Assembly: GCA_963785305.1 (NCBI GenBank)
Contig: CAWAUV010000005.1
Span: forward strand, 608,001-672,000
DNA from: an uncultured Planctomycetaceae bacterium
Lineage (GTDB): Bacteria > Planctomycetota > Planctomycetia > Pirellulales > PALSA-1355
Direction of reading: 5' to 3'
Length of the DNA stretch: 64,000 nt
The notes beneath the pieces were generated by a model, which had not been told where the DNA came from, made no database searches, and worked only from the letters and a program-made list of their open reading frames with translations. Below are positions 1-8,788 of the stretch, one piece after another; the stretch's first letter is position 1, and each line of letters opens with the position of its first letter. A program made the translations under genes and the position numbers.

Positions 1-1394
1 AGCGGCAACTTTAACCAATTGGGCACATTTTGCTCGCCTGCAACCCAACGATCGTTCGCGTCCTTTAGGGCATGGATCGTGGTCGTCGCCGAGTACACGA
101 CCTTTCGATTCGCTGGATCGATCTTGCGAAAAACAACGAAATCGACCGCCGCGTCGAAATGCGCGTCGTCTTTCGCCTGCACGGCGTCGACTACCGACTG
201 CGTCTCGTTTTCGTAAACGCGAATCGACTTGGAGAGGCCGTCGTCGTCCAAAGAAGGCTCCGCTTCGGAGAGATCGTCGTCCACTTCGCCCACCACTTTC
301 GAGACGATTGGATCGACTCGCGTTGCATGAACGAATGCCAGCAAGAGATCGCTTTGCTTCGGCGCTTCTCCGGGGATGGGGCGCCATGTTTTTCCACGCC
401 GTTCGTCAGTCGTTAGCGCCTCGAAGGCCGCAGCAAGTTGAATTGCCGTGTCTTGCGAGATCGGTAGCGACGTACGCACTAGCGGCGATGGTCTCTCACC
501 GTTGGGCTCATACCGATCATTCGCCGGAATATCTTTGTTTTTCGCAAAGATATAGGTTTGCCCCAATACCGCCACATTCGGTTGAGGAAAATTGCCGCTC
601 ACGAGCGACGTCTTCTCTCCACCGACAAGCGCGCAAGTGCCGATGACTAATTTTTCTTTTTTCGATCCGGCCACGCTTCGCAACGCCGCGCTTACTGCAA
701 TATCCATCTTCGGAGCAAGAATTGAATCGTCGTAGTCAGTTGCATCGGGAACGAACGCGCCGGCGCACTCGTATCTTGCGTTCTGTGGGTTCTTCTTGCC
801 GATTAGCAAAGCGACTGCTACATCAACCCAAGCATCTTGAGCCTCGGTCCTCAGGTTCTTGATAAGATGCTCCAGGATTTGTTTAAGCAAGCGAGCGGGG
901 TCGCCGCCGACCGCCGGATCGCATGCTCGTAAGAATCGATCAATTGTCGCCAAAACGACTTCGGCGGGAGTGCCCGTAAGCGAATGGAGTTGCAACCGCC
1001 GCTCATGGAGTCGTTGCAGAAGTTTTTTTCCAGGCCAAGTCCTAGATGAGTCTAGATTGATCTTGCCAATGGGCAACAGATCCAACAGCGCGTAGCGTCG
1101 TTGACCGCCATTTTTCTTGTCGTTCACTTTCTCGCTATCGCAGTGTTCATCATCCAGAGCCAGAAGCGGCTGCTTGGGCTGCATGAACGGAAAGCTATTG
1201 TGCTGGCCGTCACGAAGCGTCCATGGAGTGACTGTCTCCGGAACGAGAAGGACCTCAGAGACATTACCTGTGCTACCCAGCAGAACACGCAGCGTCGGAA
1301 GGCTCCTGCCATCTTTTATGTCTTGGTGACGTTGCACCATTTCGATGCGAGCTGCGCGTGCTCCACGTTCGATTTTGAGCAATTCATTGAGCAT
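1..1394 (-). CDS. Divergent Cas8c/Csd1-like Cascade large subunit (partial, runs off the left edge; absent from ORF track)
   Basis: Translated by hand from the ATG at 1394, which overlaps the cas5 3' end. Gives 464 open codons: MLNELLKIERG...WTLRDGQHNSFP...GTCALVGG...GNFPQPNVAVLGQTYIFAKNKDIPANDRY...LPISQDTAIQLAAAFEALTTDERRGKTWRPIPG. The central segment recalls the Cas8c C-x-x-x-G...N...Y...P-x-S...A..L..L pattern, and the position after cas5 fits the I-C order. Confidence 0.7.
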   Translation of the reverse strand, partial: MLNELLKIERGARAARIEMVQRHQDIKDGRSLPTLRVLLGSTGNVSEVLLVPETVTPWTLRDGQHNSFPFMQPKQPLLALDDEHCDSEKVNDKKNGGQRRYALLDLLPIGKINLDSSRTWPGKKLLQRLHERRLQLHSLTGTPAEVVLATIDRFLRACDPAVGGDPARLLKQILEHLIKNLRTEAQDAWVDVAVALLIGKKNPQNARYECAGAFVPDATDYDDSILAPKMDIAVSAALRSVAGSKKEKLVIGTCALVGGEKTSLVSGNFPQPNVAVLGQTYIFAKNKDIPANDRYEPNGERPSPLVRTSLPISQDTAIQLAAAFEALTTDERRGKTWRPIPGEAPKQSDLLLAFVHATRVDPIVSKVVGEVDDDLSEAEPSLDDDGLSKSIRVYENETQSVVDAVQAKDDAHFDAAVDFVVFRKIDPANRKVVYSATTTIHALKDANDRWVAGEQNVPNWLKLP

Positions 1395-2184
1395 CTGCGC
1401 GTTGCTCCATTTTGCTACGGGCAGGCGGAAAAACGGGCGGAGGATAGGTAAGGGCGCCGTCCGTTATTTGGACGCTCTGGTGAAATTGGGGAGCGTAGTC
1501 GCCATCAATCGACTGATTCCGAATGCCGACAAGCATCGAAGGGATTACCTCCGAAATTGCGTCGTCAACTTCGGTCCGGTCAATGAACTGAAGTTCCCAA
1601 GTTGTGCAAAACGTTTTCCATGCTAAGTTCTCGACTAAACCGCCCGATCCGGCGATCTCGCGGCATCGCGGTGGTCCCCAGTAGGAACAAGTAAACTCAG
1701 ACCAGCCAAGCGTCGGAGTGCGATGGCATCCACCCTTGTTCACATTGCGACAAGCCAAACGGCGATTAAAGAGATCCTGGAGATAGTGCCGCGCATTGAC
1801 GCGATCAGCACTCTTCGATCCGACGACCTCGCCGTGTAGTCGATAACATACGTCGACGAGAACTGTCGCGAACAATTGCATGCTGCTGCCGCCGGGAGCA
1901 ACGCCTTTGCCGAAGAGGCTTTTCTTGCGCAATGGGCCTCCATAATTGGTCGTGTACCGCTGATAACAGATTCGACCGCCGACCTGTCCGGCACGGCGAC
2001 AGATTTCGACCTTCGTCGGATTGATCCAAGCACGGCCATCGCTAAAGAATGCGATGCTTTCGAATATCGCCTTAGCCGCTGACCAAGTCGGCGCCGGGTA
2101 CGACGTCGGCGATCCGCCAGTGTCCGGGCGCGAAAACATCGCGAGCGGCCCTGCGACTTCAACAACGATCGGATAACGGCCCAT
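1384..2184 (-). CDS. cas5: CRISPR-associated Cas5 (Cas5d/type I-C-like, divergent)
   Basis: N-terminal VEVAGPLAMFSRP...SYPAPTWSAAKAIFESI, then LVDVCYRL and FNRRL...G.C..TPTLGWSEF. Likely start is ATG 2184 (MGRYP) after AGGTGG. Confidence 0.9.
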   Translation of the reverse strand: MGRYPIVVEVAGPLAMFSRPDTGGSPTSYPAPTWSAAKAIFESIAFFSDGRAWINPTKVEICRRAGQVGGRICYQRYTTNYGGPLRKKSLFGKGVAPGGSSMQLFATVLVDVCYRLHGEVVGSKSADRVNARHYLQDLFNRRLACRNVNKGGCHRTPTLGWSEFTCSYWGPPRCREIAGSGGLVENLAWKTFCTTWELQFIDRTEVDDAISEVIPSMLVGIRNQSIDGDYAPQFHQSVQITDGALTYPPPVFPPARSKMEQRADAQ

Positions 2185-2228
2185 TTGCCCACCTATTGCC
2201 TCTACACGTCTCCCCAGCCACGAAGACA

Positions 2229-2256
2229 ACTGTACGTATGTACCAATTAATTGCAA
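2229..2256 (-). promoter_or_regulatory. Putative sigma70 promoter for the cas5 operon
   Basis: Minus strand reads TTGCAA(2256-2251)-N16-TACAGT(2234-2229) in an AT-rich patch ~45 nt before the cas5 start. Confidence 0.4.
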
Positions 2257-2480
2257 TATGCCATCGGCAAAAAACGGCGGCTAATCCATTCTGGGTGGCC
2301 CTCACAAGAGAAAGAAGATGGCTGGCGGCGGACGGATATTGCAATCCGCCCCGCTAGTACACATGGGTCGGCGGTGTGCACGCCGCCGACCCCGCTAACA
2401 GGCTTGGCAATTTCAGCCTCGCCGCGCCAGACATCCTCGCAATACCATGTTCGTTCTATCCGCAGGTCTCGTCATTTGTA

Positions 2481-2509
2481 TTCGCTTTGACCCCGTGACA
2501 GTGTACTAT
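2481..2509 (+). promoter_or_regulatory. Putative promoter of the mini-CRISPR RNA
   Basis: TTCGCT(2481-2486)-N17-TACTAT(2504-2509), ending 33 nt before the repeat. Confidence 0.35.
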
Positions 2510-2542
2510 TGATTGCAGCCGGCGACAAGTGCCGTCTCGATT

Positions 2543-2646
2543 GTCGCAGCCCGTTCGGGCTGTGTGGATTGAAATGTTCTTTCAGCGGGGCTTGGTCTTT
2601 TTGTCATCGAGCTGGCGGGGCTTCAATGCCCCGCCAGCCTTAAAAC
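2543..2646 (+). CRISPR. Mini-CRISPR: one type I-C repeat, ~35-nt spacer, hairpin pseudo-repeat
   Basis: 2543-2575 is GTCGCAGCCCGTTCGGGCTGTGTGGATTGAAAT: I-C-like GTCGC...GTGGATTGAAAT ends with a GCAGCCC/GGGCTGT stem. Spacer ~2576-2610. Then a perfect 11-bp hairpin GCTGGCGGGGC-ttcaat-GCCCCGCCAGC (2611-2638) followed by CTTAAAAC. Confidence 0.8.
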
Positions 2647-2865
2647 TCCGTTCCAAGGCCACGCGGATCTATCCATCGCGCGGTTCATTGCTCGTCGCCA
2701 TGGGACGGCGAGGACGCTGAAAATCGGACATTATTCACGCGAGGCCGCCAGCTGGATGAAAGCCAACCGCCGAGATTTTTTAGAACGCCTCTCAGACCTA
2801 GGCGGTTTAGATCCGCGGTCGGCTCACCAAGCAATGCAATCAGGATTCTGCGGTTTGCGGCGCTA

Positions 2866-3153
2866 CTATGCGACGAATTGCGGACTCAAGCCGCCAGGCA
2901 AATGCTCCATCGCCGCCGCCGCTCCTGGGCCGGCGTGATCGACGTGGATTTGCCGGCCGTCCAGCTTGTCTTGAAACGACGGCAAGTACTTGCCCAGGTC
3001 ATGCCAGAGCCCAGCCAGATAGCCCCACGAGCCCGCGCCAAAGGCCTCCGCGAAGGCTCGCGAACGCTCGGCGACATTCCGCAAGTGCTCGTCGAGTAAT
3101 TCCCAATCGGCCTTCGGCCGGCCATCGAGACTATGAGCATAGAAGGGCTGCAC
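2866..3153 (-). pseudogene. cas3: Truncated Cas3 HD-nuclease N-terminal fragment (95 aa)
   Basis: FYAHS...W..L.EHL..VA...FA..FG...GYLAGLWHDLGKY...FQ...VDH matches the I-C Cas3 HD start. It ends at TAG TAG before the later HD motifs, and no helicase follows. Confidence 0.85.
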
Positions 3154-3189
3154 GATGGATTCCCTCAAACAGATTGACAAAAGGATGCG

Positions 3190-3835
3190 GCTGGGCGCCG
3201 AAGTGTATCATGCGAATCAAGCCGACACCGACACGTTCGTTGATAGCGTGCTCGCAGCGCAAGCGAACCTGCAAACGACCGGCGGCAAACCGGAAATCGA
3301 GGAAGCCGTCGCCGACAAAGGGTATCACGCCAACGCGACGCTCGAATGGCCGCCAGCCTCGACATTCGCACCTATATACCGTAGCCGAAACTGGCCCATG
3401 ATCGAACCTGGCAAGACAGGCCGCCGGCGGAGCGTCGCGCCGTCGAGAACAATCGCCGCCGAACGCGTGGCGCGAAAGGCCGTCGCTTCCAACGCCAACG
3501 TGGCGAGCGCGTCGACCGGAAGCTTTGCCCATGTGTGCGACACGGGCGGCGGCCGACGCAGTTGGCTTCGAGGCAAGATTGAAGTAACAAAACGCTACCG
3601 CATCGCGGCCGCGGCGCACAATCTCGCGCGGATCATGCGGATGTTGTTCGGCATGGGCAAGCCCCGAGCGCTGCAAGCCCCCGCCGACCTTGTTTTAATT
3701 GTGTATTTTATCATCACCATAAGGTTTCGCTCCCCCATCGCGCCCGCCCGCGCCTGGAGCGCGCAACCCTGAGCCCCCGCCCGCCAGCCGACGCCCGCGC
3801 CGACCCCGGTCAAGGACGTTTTATAAACGGGCTAG
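3190..3835 (+). mobile_element. IS1182/IS5-like transposase C-terminal remnant with probable right end
   Basis: ADKGYH, SFAHVCDTGGGRRSWLRG and AAAAHNLARIMRMLFGMGKPR motifs. The N-terminus is missing and the middle is frameshifted. An IS-end-like TTTTATAAACGGGCTAG lies at ~3819-3835. Confidence 0.75.
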
Positions 3836-3899
3836 TAGGTCGGCGTGCATGGGAGCGTGTCCTTGTGATTCCGTCTTCTCGGTCTTGAATTACAAGCGA

Positions 3900-4453
3900 T
3901 TAGGCTTTTTTTGCCCTCGCGGGTTTGATCGGCGTGAAAACCTGCAAATCCGCGGGCACGTCGGTCGTCGGCCCGGGCGCGGTTCGTCCCGCCGCGGGGA
4001 GCAACCGCCGAATCTCGCTCAGCGATTTGACCGCCGCCGAGTAATGACGTTGCGCCACGGCCTGCCGTTTGATCTGAAAATTGGCGTTGGGTATGGTCTC
4101 GCCACCGCACGCGACCGCTTTATCGGCGACTTGCACGGCCAGCCAGGCCGAGATCAATCGATCGACGGCCATTTTTAGGAGCGCGGTCGGCGATGGACCG
4201 CCGAGCTCCCTCCGCATTTCGGCGACCGTGCGCTCCACGCACTCACGCGTGAAAACATCGTCGCCCGCAATTCGATCGATCCAATGGCTTTCCGCGAGAA
4301 TCGCGACTTCGCCGACTCGTCTACAAATCTGGGGCTGGTGATCCAGAGTTTCGCGCATGCGCGCAGCGCCGCGGCGTCGCCCTCGTTTGCCAATTCAACA
4401 TCCAACCTGAACTCCGCTCGCGCGGCCTTGACCTTGGGATCATCCGTTTCCAT
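3900..4453 (-). CDS. Hypothetical island protein (frameshift ~4360)
   Basis: ORFs 4175-4453 (METDDPK...) and 3900-4358 join. Its start overlaps the end of the upstream gene. Confidence 0.55.
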
Positions 4454-4754
4454 CGATCTTCCTCCGTTTGCGCCAGCGACCGCGGTCGTGGCGGTGGTAT
4501 CCAGCCGCGATTAGCGCCGCCGCGGCGATTAAGCCCGATAGTTCATCCAGTTCGGCCATCAGCTCGTCCGACGCTTGCCACGACCGTCGCGCGGCCCGAA
4601 CGGCATCTCGCTGCTCGCGGCGGGCAGTCATGGCGCTTTCCAGCAGTTCCGCCACGACCCCCGAGCCGAGATACACGGTCGTTTCACGGCCGTCATCTCG
4701 CCGAACCGTTTTGTAGGCGAATTTTCGGGCGCCGCGATAAACAACAGCAGGCAT
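4440..4754 (-). CDS. Hypothetical island protein
   Basis: YKTVRR..G...TVYLGSG..AEL...AAGYHRHDRGRWRKRR. Coupled to the downstream gene; the start is uncertain (ORF is open to 4847). Confidence 0.55.
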   Translation of the reverse strand: MPAVVYRGARKFAYKTVRRDDGRETTVYLGSGVVAELLESAMTARREQRDAVRAARRSWQASDELMAELDELSGLIAAAALIAAGYHRHDRGRWRKRRKIDGNG

Positions 4755-4865
4755 CTTGCACCGTCCCATGATCACTGCGCCGCTCGGCATTCCGCCCCCC
4801 GAGTCCGCCCGTCCCCGCCAGCTCTCTCCGACCCCCTGAATTGTCACATTTAGTACGGCGAATCC

Positions 4866-5747
4866 CTATGCCACTTTGTTAACCTCCAATTCCGTTGGCC
4901 GGGGCGAAGAAGGATTGCTCGCGCCGGAAGTCGGATTCGAACGCGTGGCGTCGGTCGAAGGCGGCGGTGGGAGCGTAAATCGTTCGAGGAACATCGCGAA
5001 ATCTTGGTTTATGGATTTCTTGGGGGCCTGAATTTGCTCCAAGCGAGAAATAAGTTCGCTCGCCCGACACAATTCGTCCGTTAAGGCCGGCTTTGAGGAC
5101 GATCGTCGAGCGATTACCAGAATGGCCAAGCGAGCGGCCAGCCGTCCTTCCTTGGTGCTCCAGTCGCGCGTTTTTTCGAGCGTGAACCGGCCGTTGGCGT
5201 CCACGATATTGGCGAGCAACGCTTCGAGCATGTGGGGGCCCCGCGAATAAGCGAACGATTTCACGACGCTCGCGAATTCTTCGCCGCCGTGGCGATGTGC
5301 GCCGAGCAGTCGAGTAATCCAGCCTCGGGCGGCCAAGCGATCGCTCACGGCATGAAAAGTCTGCTCGTAGGCTTCAATAACGTTTTGGGGTAGCGCCAGG
5401 CGAGCGGTGATTTCGGCGAAGCTCTGGCCCGCCAGTAGCCGCGCTTCGAGTTCGAGTCGCGGTCGACCCTCGGACCGGAAAATCTCATGGGCGGCGAACA
5501 GCGCCGGCGCTCGGCGGCGGAGCCCCGAGAACTGCCGCCGTGTTCGGCAGCGCCGCCAGCCGCGAACGAAACTCACGGCTCGACCCGTGGCCGCGTCGTC
5601 GCGAGCCCGAGAATACCGATGCCCGGTGTCGACATGCCAGATGGCCCGCCGCCAACGCCAGTCCGGCGCGAGAAACGGGTCGCAATGATGCTGCTCGTGG
5701 AAGGGTGAGCGACGCTTGCGGACGGTCTTCATGGCGAATGCTCTCAT
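4866..5747 (-). CDS. Hypothetical protein (PDWRWRRA...LEARLLAG type, possible HTH)
   Basis: 293-aa ORF in the operon direction; paralogous to 5755-6249. Confidence 0.65.
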   Translation of the reverse strand: MRAFAMKTVRKRRSPFHEQHHCDPFLAPDWRWRRAIWHVDTGHRYSRARDDAATGRAVSFVRGWRRCRTRRQFSGLRRRAPALFAAHEIFRSEGRPRLELEARLLAGQSFAEITARLALPQNVIEAYEQTFHAVSDRLAARGWITRLLGAHRHGGEEFASVVKSFAYSRGPHMLEALLANIVDANGRFTLEKTRDWSTKEGRLAARLAILVIARRSSSKPALTDELCRASELISRLEQIQAPKKSINQDFAMFLERFTLPPPPSTDATRSNPTSGASNPSSPRPTELEVNKVA

Positions 5748-5754
5748 TCCGTGG

Positions 5755-6249
5755 TTACGGCTGGCTGAAAAATGTCGTGAGTCGGAGCGACCGGAAATCC
5801 GACGGCGTCGTGGAATGCGACCAGATCGCCGGCGAGCGCGCGAGTATGGATTCCCGCCGCGGAATCAAGACTATCGCCCACATCGACAAATAGCCGTCGA
5901 AAGATGTCCCGACCGCCGGCTCCAGATCGCGACGAATTGAAACCGCTACGAGCCTCGACTCCGTCGAACGCTGAGCCCCCAGCAACACGCGCCGCGACGG
6001 ACCACCGACATAAATGTTGAAGCCGCGTGCGATCACAATGTCCCGGGACGAGCCGACTTCATCCGGCGGCAGCGTGGACGCATCGTCTCGGTCGCGAGGA
6101 AAATCCACAGCACGATCGACCAGTTCGTCGCCGCTCGGCCGGCCATACCGGTAGCGCCGTCGTTTCACCGCCCACTTCCAGCGCCAAGCCGGATCAGACA
6201 AAGCGTCGTGGCGACGAAGAATATGCTCGGAATGTCGCGGAGCACTCAC
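5755..6249 (-). CDS. Shorter or frameshifted paralogue of the downstream hypothetical
   Basis: DPAWRWKWA...RY...D..V.RAVDF aligns with PDWRWRRA...RY...D..T.RAVSF. Confidence 0.45.
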   Translation of the reverse strand: MSAPRHSEHILRRHDALSDPAWRWKWAVKRRRYRYGRPSGDELVDRAVDFPRDRDDASTLPPDEVGSSRDIVIARGFNIYVGGPSRRVLLGAQRSTESRLVAVSIRRDLEPAVGTSFDGYLSMWAIVLIPRRESILARSPAIWSHSTTPSDFRSLRLTTFFSQP

Positions 6250-7067
6250 GGGGCGACTCTTTTAGGTTCGGGTTCGGACGCGAATCACCAGCGTTTGATC
6301 CTACGTTTTGCTCCGGACGTAACCCAGAGGACTTTTGGATTTCAGTTGTTCGCCGACGCGGGTATCGCGTTGCTTTGCAGCGCACGCCTTGGAAAAAAAC
6401 TCGCTAACACTGTTTGTTCGCAGGCGATCATTCGCCAGCAATTTGGGGCGACAGCGGACCGCGACTCTGCCGCCGCACGCGGGAAGAAAACACGCAAATC
6501 GACACGAGGCGCCGAAGTGAATTAGCAGCAACTCGATTATCGCAGGTCGCCAAATGCCATTTGCATCGACATCGAAGAGCCGCTTACCGGGCTCCAGGCC
6601 ATCGGCGGTGCGCAACAAGTGGGCCACGGCGGCGACGATTCTGGTTCTGGCGAGGCTCTGCGAACCGTCGGTGGGCCGAGAAGCACGACTTTAATGCGGA
6701 TGCATATCCGCTGGGCGGCGTCCTTGATCGTCGCCTCGCCGCTCTCGCGGGAAATCACCGCTACCGTCACGCGGCGCGGCACACGAAACCCGCCCAGAAA
6801 ACGCTTCCCGGCCTCAAGTTGTTCGCCTTGTCCATCGCCAAGCTGGTCTTGAAAGATTTAACTGGGCCACGATCACCGCGGGGTGTTTTGCGACGAGAAT
6901 ATTCTCGATGAGCCGCTTCAATCGAAAATTGGAACCGGCGAATTCAGAGGACTCTTGAAAATGGCCGATAGCCCGAACTTTTGGGTTTCGCCATGGTGTT
7001 GATCGCGCTCTGCGCGTTCGTTTGTGGTCACGGTGAAGGCCTCTAAAAATGGCACGGGTAAGTTCGA

Positions 7068-8369
7068 TTATTTCTGAGCTGGTCGCTTTCGCACTCGCTT
7101 CCGCAATTTGCGCCACTGCGCATGAGCCAACTGCCAGAGTCTTTCCAGTTCGTCCCGCGAAGAAATCTCCTCGAACCCGTGCTTGTGCCGTCCGCACAAT
7201 TTTCAGGCAAGCTCGGCCCGCATCGTCGGGCCGGTAGCAGGGCGCGTAGCCGTTCAGCCAGCCTCTGGCCACCTGCTCGGCGACGAGCTGGGAATGATCT
7301 CGTTCATGCGCGCTTCGAAAGTGATTTCTCAGCCGCCGCCAGGCCATGGGCGTGAGCTCGATGGCCAATTCGTCGAAAGCGCGATAGATACGCGTGCCCA
7401 TCCAAACGCTGGTCCGGCCGCCGCTCAAATCCTGGATTGCCTCCTCGGCGACCGCCTTCAGCGGCATTCCCGCGGCCGACAAAATCCGTCGCAGCTCCGC
7501 CTCGGCCTGGGACGCCTCGGCCATGTTGGCGCAGAGCAGCAGAATGTCGTCGGCGTAACGGAGGAGCGGGATTTCTGGACAATTCCGGCGCCATGAGCGG
7601 TCGAGAAAATGATCCAAATATACGTTAAGCATCAGCGGCGACAGTGGGCCGCCCTGGCGAAGTCCAGGCCGCCGCGACGTCAATAAACGTCTCAAGAACT
7701 CGATCAGGGAATCATCGGGAAACTGCTTGCGCACGACGCCCATCAGTCGTGGAATTGGCACATGCGAAAATGCGTCCCGCACATCATGCGCGACGAAAAC
7801 CCAACGATTTTGACGTTGGGCGAGTCGCTCGGCGGATGCGAGCGCATTCTGGCTTCCGACGCCGGGGCGGAAGCCGAAAGAACGCGAGTCGAAACCCGGA
7901 TCGAGTAGCGGCTGCAGAATCTGCATTGCGGCGCGTTGGACCGTGCGATCAATGATGGATGGGAGGTGGAGCACTCGCTCGCCAGTTCCACTGTTTTTCG
8001 CGACTTTTAGCGGTTTGTCATCGCGCGGGCGGTAGGTTCCCGAGCGGATCGCCTTGCCGGCCGTGCGGCATAAGTCCCACGCTTCGATATCGCTGTATTT
8101 CAAATACCGGCGCCCGTCTAAACCGGTGCTTGGCCGCCATGAGCGGCAAGATGGTCCCACGCGTTTTTCAGATTTTTCTGCTCGGCAATCCACTCCAATA
8201 AATGCGGCGCAAGACCGCGAATTTCGGCCCTGCCTTTCGCGACCGCGGCGGCGGCGATCCTCTCGAACTTACTCGCGAAGTCGCGCTGGTCGCCTTGATG
8301 ATAAAGCAGCGTTGTCGGCAGCGGATCGCTCGCCCACCCGCGACTGTACATCAGCCGAAATTCGTACAC
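7068..8369 (-). CDS. Group II intron-like reverse transcriptase (probable indels at ~8120 and ~7180)
   Basis: AAGGAGG-N7-GTG start at 8369. Motifs: NLKNAW...APGLDG (RT0), YRP, R.L..P.I.DR.VQ, SFGFRPG, DVRDAF, GLRQGGPLSPLMLNVYL, RYADD. A thumb-like tail ends ...WRKLRKRVRKRPAQK* at 7068 in the shifted frame. No endonuclease domain. Confidence 0.92.
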
Positions 8370-8389
8370 CGTAATGCCTCCTTACATAA

Positions 8390-8788
8390 AAACCGGTGGC
8401 GGCGGCAGGGACGCACCTTACGCCCCTGCCGCGCCCCCGTTGGCCCCAAAGGCCAGAAAAAAATGGCGATCGGCGGAGCCATCGCCGTATGTCGTCACAT
8501 GGACAAACCCGGGGGGGTTAAATCCAATGACGGCTGGAGTCCATGCCAGGGCATGGATTCCCGCACGCGCGATGGCGCATCATGGTCGGCCATGGGATAC
8601 CGGATAACGGTTCCTACGCGGGCCAAGATGTATCTCCCGCTTTTGCGCCCCCGGGAGAATCGAGGCGGGATCCAGGTGAACCCGAATCGCTGGACCGGCT
8701 CTTGGCCGATCCCACCAGGATTGTGCGGCGATCGAGGTCTCCGCGTCCTGGGATTAGCGAGTGGTGAACGGCGGCGGCGCCACCAAAA
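8390..8788 (-). ncRNA. Candidate structured RT-associated ncRNA (~400 nt)
   Basis: Fills the helicase-RT gap, contains at least 9 stems, and its ends are complementary (see findings). Confidence 0.6.
8457..8486 (-). terminator. Intrinsic terminator-like hairpin inside the RT leader
   Basis: Minus strand reads GGCGAT-GGC-tcc-GCC-g-ATCGCC-a-TTTTTTT. Confidence 0.45.

Noticed and set aside
2647..2690. Second spacer targeting tRNA-Leu (homing guide)
   Set aside because: Only gapped, short similarity to CCATTCCGCCACTCCGG and no TTC PAM.
6301..6782. CsrA-like or other small gene after the RT
   Set aside because: Only vague similarity (VISRESGEA...IKVV). The frame and start are ambiguous, so I could not call a product.
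1384..8369. RT acting as a CRISPR spacer-acquisition RT
   Set aside because: No cas1/cas2 in the window. The RT is separated from the cas genes by several genes and an IS remnant, and RT-Cas1 modules are typical of type III/VI rather than I-C.
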